Shown here in pieces: positions 51,916 through 64,000 of a stretch of DNA of 64,000 nt (position 1 is its first letter; each line of letters opens with the position of its first letter). The stretch comes from Lama guanicoe (lineage: Eukaryota): positions 1,515,567 to 1,579,566 of the forward strand of contig MU053629.1 in NCBI GenBank assembly GCA_013239625.1, written 5' to 3'. The translations under genes and the position numbers were made by a program. Under the pieces are notes generated by a model. The model was given only the letters and a program-made list of their open reading frames with translations, did no database searches and was not told where the DNA came from.

Positions 51916-54463
51916 TCTGTACCATGTACACTGAGAAAGAAGAAAAAAGACAGGGGGGTCTTCAATAAATTCTTGCTAAATTTTAAAATACCAAAACACC
52001 ACCACCACCAACAACAACAACAACAACAAACACAACCTTCAAAAACTGTCTGAAGTGACTGTCATTGATTTCTGTTCTCCCCAAAAAGTCAACAGTTAAA
52101 GAGTGAGACTAATCCAACCTCAGTCAATTAAGATTAAAGATATCTCTATTATCCATTCTATATAGAATTCTTAACGTGTAAACATACTGCATAATAGAAA
52201 AAGGCTACACCTAGGCATTTTTAAAGACATTAAATTTTGGAAAATATAACACATTAAATGTGTAACTTCATATACTGTTAACATATCATAAAAAGTTCAG
52301 TGGTCAAAAGATAAAGTGGAATTAAAATAACATAAATGCATAGTTTCACAGGTCTTCATTTAATTACCTTCCTCTTATTTACCTACCATTGAAAATAATG
52401 TAACACTTTTTTTTTCACATCTATCCTTTTAAGATGATCAGACAAGGACACTAAGACTTGGAGCACATTTCCTTATGTTCTTGCTATCTGGTTTTTCTCC
52501 ACTTAAAATTGCTTCAGTGACTCCTCACTGCCTACAGAATCAAGCTTAAAACCCCACAGCACGGGAGACAAGGCCCTGCCCCGCCTGGCAGCATCAGCTC
52601 ATCCCATTCTACCCAAAGAGCCTGCTCTACCACACCTCAGTCATTTTGTGAATTGTCATCCTCTCACCTGAAAACTTCTCCAGCTCCCCAACTCACACAC
52701 CTCATGTTTGCAGGCAAACTCTTCTCACTTTTCAACTAAGTTAAGAGGTCCTTCCTCCATAAGGCATTTTCTGCCCCTTCCCCTCCAGCCCTCCTCCTGT
52801 GTCCCATCACCCTCTCCCTGCCCAGAACTCTACTACAGCTCATCCTTGTTAACTGGAATGTCTGCGCATCTCTCTTTCCTTAAACTGTGAGCTGGCTGAG
52901 GGCATGCATGCTACAAAGCTTGTTCATCATCTTTTTAACCCAGAGCTTAACAGAATCTGGCACACAGTAAACACCTAATGGCATCAAAGGCCAATGGTGT
53001 GTTTATTGCTGTTTATTTTTTTAGTTTTCTTTTTAGAATTCAGAGAAGTACAGTGACATAATTTCCCTACTCTTTCTTTAAATGTAAGTTAGTCAGTATC
53101 TTGTGCGCTTGCACTCAAACACAATTATTATGTGCATGGGTAGTAGAGGTTAAGAACCACACAAGTAAATTAAAGACTGAATTCGTTTATACTAGGCCTT
53201 ATGCCCAGTACTCAGTTGATGGTTATGTGTCTCTCTCCATTCTTGCCTGGGGATAAGTTTTGTCCCACTTGCTCATGAGTAGAGAAACTTAAGACAGGAA
53301 GGATCAGGTCAGGATGGGGTCCAGTGCACCAGGAGAGGCTCTAGATATTTTGAGTTCTCAGCACTGTAAACTGTAAGAAATATGGGTTCTGGAGACCAAG
53401 AGCATCAGAATCCATCACTTACTGTGCATAAAGGAATAACAAATGTAAACTTCAATTAAATAACCATTTCTTTCCCCTAAAACCAATCTGAAATTTAATT
53501 AAATTCAATCTCATGTTGGCCTGTGACGACTTTGGGAGAACTACACTAAATCAAACAAACACACAAGATTCTTCCCCAGAATATATCCAGAATTCTGAGA
53601 AAAGCTATCTTGGGTACCTCATCCAAAAAGAAAGTTATAATGTAGGGCACAGCCACGGAGGGTAAGGACGGAGGCTCCTTCTGACTAGGTGTATTTGACA
53701 TTTTGTTAAGAAATGAAAAGAGGCCAGGTGGAGAGAAAATTGGAAATCCAGCAATAAAATAAATTTATACTTTACATTTACTTTAAGGTAGGCGTTCATG
53801 GTAAATAAAATAAGTCAGTTTAACATAAACAGGGTAAAAGCTGCATACAGTAGTCAGAAAAAACATGGGCTTTGCAGACAGACTAGAGGTTTTAAGAATT
53901 AGTTAACACAGTGCCTGGCCCATCAGTGCTTGACTAGGAGTGCACATTATACTTCCAGTTCTTCTCCCAAAGAGATATGTAAATTTAGGGTAATTTGCCA
54001 CAGTTTCTCCATTCTTAAGATAAGGTAAGTAATTGAATGAGACAGCGCTTATAAAATGCACCTGGTAGGTAGTAGGCACTCAAGAAAGGTTAGCTCTCTT
54101 CCTCTCTTATTCCAGGTATTAGGAAGCAGTAAATAGAATCCAAAAAATGAATGGGATAGTTTACTACAGGTTAATTAAATGAAGGTTAAAACACTTTATA
54201 CAGGTAGTAAATGTATTTACTGTAAAGATTTCTTACGCCTCTAGGGCCAATTTAAACTAACAGCCAAATATGCACACAAACGTATTTCCAACATGCTAAA
54301 AGACAATGAGGCTGAGCAGATACTGAGAAAAGCAATCTTGTTTCCTGGGGCACCCTCTTACCACTAAGGAACAACACTGCAGGATAAGGCCTTAAAGGGT
54401 AAGGTAGGAAAGAGGCCTGAGATTCAGACTATTTAGCATTTTGTTTAAGAAGGAAATACACCA

Positions 54464-54584
54464 GGGGGGAGGGTAATAGCTTAGTGGTAGAGTGCATGCT
54501 TAGCATGCACAAGGTCCTGGGTTCAATCCCCAGTACCTACATTTAAATAAATAAATAATAATAAATAAATAAGCTTTTTTTAAA
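54464..54584 (+). mobile_element. tRNA-derived camelid SINE (vic-1 type)
   Basis: GGGGAGGGTAATAGCTTAGTGGTAGAGTGCATGCTTAGCATGCACAAGGTCCTGGGTTCAATCCCCAG with (TAAA)n tail; 17-bp target duplication aagaag(g/a)aaatacacca. Confidence 0.9.
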
Positions 54585-56344
54585 AAGAAGAAAATACACC
54601 ACGGGCAAACGTATAATCATATAACTAGATTGCACAATAATAAAGTCTCTTCTTTGTAACAAAGGCAGTGCATAATAAAAAAAACTGTAAAATGAAGAAT
54701 TAAGTAACTTCTCACAGAAATATTAACATGTGACCATGAATATATTATTTTAGGTCATTAAATGGCATCACATTTTTGAAAATGGTATAAATTTAGAGAA
54801 TGTTATCAGAAAGTATTAAGACTTGGAAAATAAAATGAGAAAAACAGATCTGCAAGTGAACGAGTTTAAATATTGAATAAGAAACCACAAAGAGGTCTAA
54901 CTGCCTTTCATATCTCAACGCTTTTTCACTTAGACCATTGCATCTCTCGCTCTAGGTTTCCACTTCAGGTAAAGATCATGGGGCCCTTGTCAACATTTCA
55001 GACCCCAAACAAAGCATCACATACTTTTCTTGTCTAAGTTTTATTTAACATTAAGAATTTCAAATTTTCATTCATCTCATGATTTAAAATCTCCAAGTAC
55101 TTACTTACAATAAAATTACTCGTAAAAATATAACTTAATATTTACCATTCAGTTCACAAGTACAAAATGTAAGCCAGGTGAGAATTTAAATACTCTACTT
55201 TGAAAATAAATTCAATATTATTGCTTTTTATGAAATGGTCCTGTCAATCCAAGGGCTTCCCACACTCCCACTCTGTTTGGGAGGGTGAGGAGGGAAGTCT
55301 TGAAATATATATACAAAATTTTAAAGTGTCATTTTTGATTATTTAAACTAAATGAATTTGTTAACTGATACTTGGTAATAAAGGACACCAAAAAGGTTGA
55401 TCAATGCAACTGAAATTAAGTCAATTTTTAAGTGTTTCAATCTTTATATTCTAAATTTGTATTATTTATTCAAATTTTTTTCTTGGTTTTCACAAAGGCA
55501 TTACATTTTAGTCTCAGAAATTCTTGCAATTGATCATACTACACTCTATTTAATTGTTTATTTTTAATATGGTATCCAAAGCTAGTTTCTTTATGACAGT
55601 CAATTAAGTTCCTTCAGGAACAAGACAGTCTTTCCCTAGATCTATTATGCTCAGTTCATCACTCTCCTTCATTCACGTCTCTGGCCGAATGTCATAATTC
55701 AGAGTCCTTCCTTGACCACATTAACTAAAATAGCACAGCTCTGCCCTCCCCAATCTCTGCTTGAGCTTATCTTTTATATTCCCTTTCTCTCTCTTATTCT
55801 TAGAACTTCTTACTACCTGAAATGTGTATTTATTGTCTGATTCTCCTTTTAGGCTGTTAGCTCCATGGGGCAGAAACTGTATTTCTCTGCTGTGTCACTA
55901 GGGCCTAGAATAACATTTAGCACATAGTAAATGCTTAATAAAAATTGAGAAGAATGAAATTAGAGATTTCTTTCAAAAGACCACCACACTCACTTACCAA
56001 GGACCCTCATTTTACATATGAGTTTACTAAAACATAGAGAAGTTAGATGAATTTCCCAAGTTCACACAGGAAGCCATAAAACCTTAAATACAATCCTGAC
56101 TCTTGATCCAGTGGTCTTAACATTGTACAAACTAGTCTGTCTTTAAATTATATATTCACATCAACATGTATAAAACCGTATCAGAAGTTTTTTCACTCAA
56201 AATATATAAAATATTTAACTAACCTAATAATCACCAGTAGAATCCCCAAATCACTTGCTATTACCACCAATTCATTAAAAGCTGGGTTGACATTTCCCAA
56301 AATTGTTAGATAGGAATTTTAAACTTGAGATTTTTAATACGTAC

Positions 56345-57274
56345 CAAAGAACGTCTCATCTGCATTAATATAGTCATAAAGCAGTCAAAGCTGATCATCC
56401 CTTCCTGGCTTGATAGTAGTTTGCTTTTCTCCATGGAATTTACAACTGCTGAAGCCCCCAAAGCCATTTCTATCCATTCAAGGAGATACCGCAAAGAACC
56501 TCGCTGAGCTGCTAAACCAAGCAGCAACTCAGAAGCTAATCTACGACCTAAAGTGTCTGCCCCAGAATTGGGAATAGTTACTCCTTTAAGAAATGTTGTT
56601 ACTTGTGATAAGCAGTCCAAGCCCATAGGAGGAATCTTGCTTTCATTTGCTAAAGATAATGGTGGCAAAGAGCTGACAACTTCAATTGCAGTATGAATAA
56701 CATCATTGCAAAGACTGAGACCAGGTCCCGACACAGGCATCATCCAACTTTGTCTCAGAAGTGCAAATAATAAACTTAGACCAGTTCGAACACCCATTTC
56801 TATAAGTGCATCAGTGCTTGACCGGGGACGTTCGCTAACAGAATGGACATCTGCTGAACCAGAGCTGCTCTCCGGAGAATGCTGCTGCTGCTTCACTTTG
56901 CCTTTGTCGTGGTATTTATTAGAAAGTGCATAAAAGACACGCTGGAGTACAAGCAATCGTTTTCGAAGTGCCCCAGCAAATGGGGAATCTGAACATACCA
57001 TCTTCGCTAGTGCTAGCTGACTGCTAAGAAGGGCATCCAAATAGTGGTCCTGTTCATCGCTTGAAAGAGACTCACGTTCAAAGTCTGGCAACTGTGGTCC
57101 TTTGAGGCACAAAACTTGTTGGGGCAAAGGTACTACTTCCTTATTGCTGACCAGTTTAGAATACAGAACAGCAACGCCCTCTCTTGTAGCAATAGATTCA
57201 CTGTCCTCTGTAATCCAGGAGCTGTTGAGGTGTTCAAGCCATTTCAGTTTCACTGGTGGAACCATAGTTGCCAT
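56345..57274 (-). CDS. HERC1: HERC1 exon 2 (first coding exon, aa 1-310)
   Basis: MATMVPPVKLKWLEHLNSSW...MQMRRSL is the recognisable HERC1 N-terminus; 930 nt; donor TTG|GTACGT. Confidence 0.98.
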
Positions 57275-57300
57275 GTTGATTCACTCTTCAGCCATCAGTT
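57275..57300 (-). other. HERC1: 5' UTR part of HERC1 exon 2 (26 nt)
   Basis: Polypyrimidine tract and acceptor cttcttctccctttatAG (57302-57301) lie 26 nt upstream of the ATG, which is in strong Kozak context (aacATGG). Confidence 0.85.
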
Positions 57301-59825
57301 CTATAAAGGGAGAAGAAGAAGTAGTCAAAAACCTATGAGGATGATTCACAAAATGTTTCTGAATTTCCATCTTATATCACAATTACTGATTTCAAACTGA
57401 TGAAACACAAAGTCTGGACTTCAGTTAACAGTAATGTACCAATGTTAGTGTTTTAGCTTTGATAAATGTACTGCAGTTATATAAGATGGTAGTTTCTTAC
57501 AAAACTAAACATATACCTTCTCAATGACCCAACAATTCCTCTCCTAGGCTTCACCCAGAAGAAAACATATGTCCATAAAAAGACTTAAATAGTGGTTGCT
57601 CCTAGATAGACTGGGAAGGGGCATGATGGAACTTCCTAAGGTGATGGTAATGTTGGATTACAAAGGTTATACATTTGTCAAAACTTGGTGAATATACACT
57701 GAAGATTTCTAAATTTCATTGCATGTAAATTTTACCTTAATACATATTGAACTCAGTTGATAAATGTATTGAGGTATACTTAGGGAGAAGCATACTGATG
57801 TATATAATTTATTTTGAAGTAATAAGATGCACTGATATGTGTGTATACATCTTTATACATACTAGATATGTGATAAAAACAAATATAATAAAATATTAAT
57901 GGCAGAATCTCAGTGGTGAATACATGCCTGTCATTTTTAAAACCTTGTTGTATTTTTAAAATTTTTCATCATAAAATATTGTGGGGGGAGTTGGGACTAA
58001 CTTCTGCCTTTCAAGCAAGTCCCCAAAATGGCAGTCATAATAGGCGGTGGTAGAGAAAGATCCTCAAAAACTAAAGGGCATTTTATTTTCATGACTCAGG
58101 TACATCTTAAAAAAAAGAGCTCCAGTGATACAGATCCTAGACTAATTAAAAGGAGTTTCCTATTTCTAAATAAGCCCTGTTAAATTCTAAATATAAAGTC
58201 TGATGATATTCCCCTTTTGAAGCTTATGATTACTATACTTAACTCCACTAGATACTTGCAAAGAATGTACTTGGTAAGAGAAAAAAAACAAGCCTCCTCT
58301 CACTTCATTTGGTGAAGTATTAAACAGTGTGCAGAGAATATAAAAGTATCTTTTTTACCTCCATCCCTGCAAGCCATAGGTAATTTTGCTCTTTTTAATC
58401 CTGTTAATTTGATTGCTGTAATGGAATACAATGTTGCTCTGATGCAAATCTCCCTGACTACTAATAAATCTGAATATCATATGTATATTGGTCAATTAAA
58501 TATACTCATCTGGGAAATACTTATTCACGTCCTTCTAGTCACATATTTTTCTATTGGGTTATATTTCTTGTCAACATGTAAAAGGTTTTTGTATTTTATC
58601 ATTGTCCTCAACACCAGAAACATTTCTTCTAAATCTGCCTTTTGCATGTACACACTTCTTTTACAGCTCTTGCTTTCCATTCTTCATTAAAACAGCACCC
58701 CAACACCTCCATGCCTTTACATGTGAATTCTAGCTTGTACAGGTATTCATTCACTCAGATTTTCTTGAGGTTTTTTTTATTCTTTTGCACATGAGTCTTT
58801 AATCCAACCAGAATTTAAATGATTCTAGATTCACCTGGAATTTTAATAAATTCTGCATGGTTTAAAATTGGATTCTAAATTTATTATTTCCAGGTGGATG
58901 CCTAATTTTGCCACCATTATTTATTAACTAATCCAGGACTTCTAAGATAGCTGAAGACAATAACAGCTGCATAACTATATCCTCAAATTTCTTCCCAAAC
59001 AATAAGAAAAAAAGATAAGGAAAAACTAAATACTACACAAAACCAACTGCAAATTAACCAGGTAGGATGGGGGGAGAGAAACATCACCAATCTCAGTACA
59101 CACACTCTCACCTCCATCCAGCCACAAGGCTTTGTGGCAAGCAAAAGCAGACTAAGAAAATCTATACAAAAGAGAGAAGAGGACGGATAGTGAAGGGGCC
59201 TAAAGATGGATATGGAATAACTAATAGAAAGATTAAATCCACACTAAATCTGAAAATACTGATGAAGTGTCCAAGCAAATCAGAGCACACACTAAAAGGA
59301 AAAGATTTCAAAGTACATTTAATTTAAAGGTTAATTATATGATTTAAAGGGTGATTTATATGAGCATTCCTTGAAACGCAGAGGAAAGAAAAAAGACAAA
59401 AAAAGAAGAGAGAAGCATTCTTTGGCAACTGGGTGGTGAAGGGTAAAAGAGAAAGGGTGGGTGGGGGGAACGTTAAGAGTTGTGTAAGAAAAAAAGAAAC
59501 ATAAAATTGGAGATAAAACAAAGCTTCTCTCAAGCAAAACAAAGAAATCATACAAAAAAAATCCATTTGGACTTTGCTATATAGACAGAAAGAGTGTCAT
59601 TAAATTACAAACATTATAAAACACCCAATACCATAAAAATGAACAAGAGAAAAATCCACAGAGAACTACTGCACAAAAACAGGAAGGAAAGAAAAGTCCA
59701 CATGTACCAAATGAGGGAAATCTTCATGATAACAATAAATTATAAGAAAATAAAAGCTAAAAATCCAAATAAAATTAAACACACTCAAACATTTGAGGAC
59801 ATAAAAAACTCAAACCAGAAATTTA

Positions 59826-59988
59826 GGGGAGAAGGATATAGCTTAGTGGTAGAGTGTGTGCTTAGCATGCATGAGGTCCTGGGTTCGATCTCCAGTACCT
59901 CCATTTAATATAATTAATTAATTAATTAAACCTAATTACCTCCCCATCCCCAAAAACGAGCTTTAAAAATGAAATAAATTTTTAAAAA
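59826..59988 (+). mobile_element. tRNA-derived camelid SINE (vic-1 type)
   Basis: TAGCTTAGTGGTAGAG...GGTTCGATCTCC boxes; shares the aaacctaattacctc 3' module with the 42591 copy; probable target duplication agaaatt(t/c)a. Confidence 0.88.
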
Positions 59989-60069
59989 AGAAATTCAAAA
60001 ACTAAAACAGAAAATGACTGCCTAAATAAATAGTTTTTAAAAAATTCTAAAGTGAGGGGATTGGGAAAG

Positions 60070-63000
60070 CAGCAGAACATATATTCTTTTCAAGTGCACA
60101 TGGAATATTCTCCAGGATAGATCACATGCTGGGCCACAAAGCAAGCCTCAGTAAATTTAAGAAAATCGAACGTATCAAGCATTTTTTCCTGACCACAACA
60201 CTATTGGGCTAGAAATCAACTACAAGAAAAAAATTACAAAAAAACCCCACAAACACTTGGAAGCTAAACAACCAATGGAAGAAATCAAAGAGGAAATAAA
60301 AAAATACCTAGAGACAAACGAAAATGAAAACACAACAATCCAAAACCTATGGGATGCAGCAAAAGCAGTTCTCAAAGGGAAGTTTATAGCAATAAAAGCC
60401 TACCTCATGAAACAAGAAAAATCTCAAATAAACAACCTAACCTTATACCTAAAGCAGCTGAAGAAAGAAGAACACACAAAACCCAAAGTTAGTAGAAAGA
60501 AAGAAATCATAAAGATCAGCAGAAATAAATGAAATAGAAACTAAAAAAAAAAAATAGAAAAGATTAATAAAACTAAGAGCTGGTTCTTTGAAAAGATAAA
60601 CAAAATTGATAAACCTTTACCCAGATTCATCAAGGAAAAAAAAGGAGAGGGCCCAAACCAATAAAATCAGGAATGAAAAGTAGAAGTTACAACCGACACC
60701 ACATAAATACAAAGGATCATAAGAGACTACTGTGAGCAACTATACACCAATAAAATGTACAACCTAGAAGAAACTGATAAAAATCTTAGAAAGGTACAAT
60801 CTCCCCAGACTGAACCAGGAAGAATTAGAAAATACGAACAGACCAATTATCACTACAGAAATTGAATCATTAACTTAAAAACTCCCAATAAACCAAAGTC
60901 TAGGACCAGATGGCTTCACAGATGAATTTTACCAAACATTTCAAGAAGAATTAACACCTATCATTCTGAAACTATTTCAAAAAACTACAGAGGAAGGAAC
61001 ACTTCCAAACTCATTCTATGAGGCCATCATCACCCTGATATCAAAACCAGACAAAGACACCACAAAAAAGGAAAATCACAGGCCAATATCACTGATAAAT
61101 ACAGATGCTTTAAGAATCCTCAACTAAACAACAGGAAACCAATTCCAACAATACATTAAAAGGATCATACACCGTGATCAAGTGGGGTTTATTCTAGGGA
61201 TGCAAAGATTTTTCAGTGTCTGTAAATCAATCAATGTGATACACCACATTAACAAACTGAAGAATAAAAACCATATGGTCATCTCAATAGATGGAGAAAA
61301 AGCTTTTGATAAAATTCAACATCCATTTATGATAAAAACTCTTCCGAAAGTGGGCAAAAAGGAAACATACCTCAACATAATAAAGGCCATGTGTGACAAA
61401 CCCACAGCTAATGGTGAAAAGTTGAAAGCATTCCCCCTAAGTTAAGGAACAAGACAAGGATGCCCACTCTCACCACTTTAATTTAACATAGTTCTGGAAG
61501 TCCTAGCCACAGTAATCAGAGAAGAAAAAGAAATAAAAGGAATTCAAGCTGGAAAAGAAGAAGTGAAACTGTCATTGTCTATAGATAACATGATATTATA
61601 CATGGAAAATCCTAAAGACACTATCAGAAAATTATTAGAGCTCATCAATGAATCTGGTCAAGCTGCTGGATACAAAATTAATATACAGAAATCTGCTGCA
61701 TTTCTATACACTAACAATGAAATATCAGGAAGAGAAGTTAAGGAAACAATCCCATTTACTATCACATCAAAAAAAAAAAAAAAAACAAGAACCTAGTAAT
61801 AAATCTGCCCAAGGAGGCAAAAGACTCATACTCTGAAAACCATAAGATGCTGATGAAAGAAATTAAAGACGACACAAACAAATGGAAAGCTATACCATGT
61901 TCTTGGACTGGAAGAATTAATATTGTTAAAATGACAATACTACCCAAGGCAATCTACAGATTCAATACAATCCTATCAAATTACCAATGACATTTTTCAC
62001 AGAACTAGAACAGAAAATTTAAAAATTTGTTATGGAAACACAACAGACCCTGAATAGCCAAAACAATCTTGAAAAAGAATAGAGCTGGAGGAATCATGCT
62101 CCCTGACTTCAGGCTATACTACAAAGCTACAATAATCCAAACGGTCACATAAACAGACACATAGATCAATGGAACAGGATAGAAAGCCCAGAAATAAACC
62201 CACACATTTATGGTCCATTAATCTACAACAAAGGAGGCAAGAATATACAATGGAGAAAAGACAATCTTTTTAAGAAGTGTTACTGGGAAAACTGGACTAC
62301 ATGTAAAAGAATGAAATTAAAACATTCCCTAATACCAAATACAAAAATAAACTCAAAATGGATTAAATACCTAAATGTAAGAGGAGATACTCTAAAACTC
62401 CAGGGGGGAAACATAGACAGAACACTCTTTGACATAAATCGCAGCAATATTTTTTTGGATCCATCCCCTGGAGTAATGGAAATAAAAACAAAAACAAACA
62501 AATGGGACCTAAGTAAACTTAAAAGCTTTTGCACAGCAAAGGAAACCATAAGCAAAACAAAAAGACAACATATGGAAAGGGAGAAAAAATTGCAAATGAT
62601 GCTACTGACAAGGGATTAATTTCCAAAATATACAAACAGCTTATATAGCTTAATATATATTTTAAAAAAAAATCAAAAAATGGGCAGAAGACCTCAATAG
62701 ACATTTCTCCAAAGAAGACATTCAGATGGCCAAGAGGCACGTAAAAAGATGCTCAATTTTGCTAATTATTAGAAAAATGCAAATTAAAACTCCCATGAGG
62801 TTATCACCTCCCACCAGTCAGAAGGACTATCATTAAAAAGTCAGCAAATAATAAAAGCTGGAGAGAGTGTGGAGAAAAAGGAGCCTTCCGACACTGTTGG
62901 TGGGAATGTAAATTGGTGTAGCCACTAGGGAGAACAGTATGGAGGTTCCTTAAAAAAACTGAAAATACAGTTACCATATGATCCTGCAATCCCACTCCTA

Positions 63001-63232
63001 CACATATATCCTGAGAAAACTCTAATTCGAAAAGATACATGCACTCCAATGTTCATAGCAGCACTATTTACAATAGCCAAGACATGGAAGCAACCTAAAT
63101 GTCCAATGACAGATGAATAAAGAAGACATGGCATAAATATATTTATATAGATAAATATACACACATACACAATGGAACATTACTCAGCCACAAAAAAAGA
63201 ATAAAATAATGCCATTTGCAGCAACACGGATG
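60070..63232 (+). mobile_element. L1 ORF2 remnant (end of endonuclease, RT and C-terminal region), frameshifted
   Basis: Peptides [36 protein letters not shown] and [12 protein letters not shown] (degenerate FADD motif); many frameshifts; 3' UTR absent. Confidence 0.93.
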
Positions 63233-63414
63233 GTTATTACAATCCCTCTCAACTCCTCCCTTTTTCCTATAAAAGCAAATTCCCCTTCCGTGTTCTCTAG
63301 ATTTGACTATGGTCCACCATAGTCTACATATCCTAATTTGCAACTTTTCTGACTATCCCCAAATAAACTCATTTTGCTGGTCAAAAAACTGGCTATTATA
63401 TTATTAAAACTGAC
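63233..63414 (+). mobile_element. Partial ERV1 LTR 3' half (MER34-like)
   Basis: cctataaaagc TATA, aataaactcattttgctgg poly(A) region, ends ...aactgaca. Confidence 0.55.
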
Positions 63415-64000
63415 AAGAACTAGATAGAGATGGTAGTTATACAATACTGTGAATGTACTAAGTACAAGTGAATTATTCACTTTAAAATGGTTAACTGTGT
63501 GTTGTATGAATTTCAACTCAATAAATTATTTTTTTTAAGGAGTGTGGCAGGAAGTGCTTCCCCAAAAATGAACTTAGGATATGTTAACAAAGAAAGACAG
63601 GATCAACAGTGGGCAAACAAATACATAATAAATATATAAACAAATTTACACCATGATGACTTTGACAGTTCTAAGAAATTATAGGATGACATTCCAGGTT
63701 CATCAAATTGTGAATTCAAAGGCAAGAAAGTCATGAGCATTTAAAGAATAGAAAGTAGATCAGAATAGCTAGAAAACAAAAAGATGTTCATATAAAATTG
63801 TAAGAAAATGAACATTAGGTTCAGAATGTGAAAAAAATTTAATGAGTTTGCATTTAGTTCTATAATATATGATGATTCAACACTGGTAATTTGGAGAACA
63901 AAAATGTTATCTGTACCTAGCACAGTGTCTGGTATCTCATACGTCCTCAATGAAGGACACATTTCAAGACCAATTTGATAGAAATTTACAGCGAATTGGA

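Noticed and set aside
54464..54540. tRNA gene (also at 42591 and 59826)
   Set aside because: The tRNA-like heads have AT-rich tails and target duplications, so they are SINEs.
56306..56344. 322-aa stand-alone ORF ending VRIKNLKFKIPI
   Set aside because: The tail is read-through past the exon 2 donor at 56345. The same applies to the flanks of the other exon-containing ORFs in the track.
60257..62619. Active L1 reverse transcriptase
   Set aside because: Multiple frameshifts and deletions, a degenerate catalytic motif, and no ORF1, promoter or tail.
1..64000. Novel prokaryote-like system, operon or CRISPR array
   Set aside because: The sequence is an intron-rich mammalian gene. There are no regularly spaced repeat-spacer units and no long ORFs other than HERC1 exons and L1 remnants.
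57301..64000. HERC1 promoter or exon 1
   Set aside because: No CpG island and mostly repeat sequence. This is intron 1, and the promoter must lie beyond the window.

Overview
Mammalian genomic DNA, very probably from a camelid (alpaca, vicuna, llama or camel), judged from three tRNA-derived vic-1-type SINEs. The whole window lies inside the HERC1 gene (giant HECT/RCC1-like E3 ubiquitin ligase) on the minus strand. I traced 24 consecutive coding exons (exons 2-25 in recalled human numbering). They splice into one uninterrupted frame of 4636 nt (codons 1-1545 plus 1 nt), including the first RCC1-like domain. Exon 1 with the promoter, and exons 26 onward, lie outside the window. The introns carry L1, L2, L3, MIR, MER5, MER44, MLT1, two solo ERV LTRs and SINEs. 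No prokaryote-type system, CRISPR array or true RNA gene is supported. The most interesting unexplained structure is splicing-related, clustered around the 52-nt exon 25: two frame-preserving candidate microexons (24/21 nt with a NAGNAG acceptor, and 33 nt), a candidate poison exon, and a perfect 21-bp inverted repeat enclosing another candidate cassette exon. Also seen: a GC-AG intron, a short uORF just upstream of the start codon, an ERVK-type solo LTR nested in L1, and a tail-less L1 patch. All candidate exons are sequence-based inferences that need RNA-seq or conservation support. Repeat family names are by recognition and most repeat boundaries are approximate.
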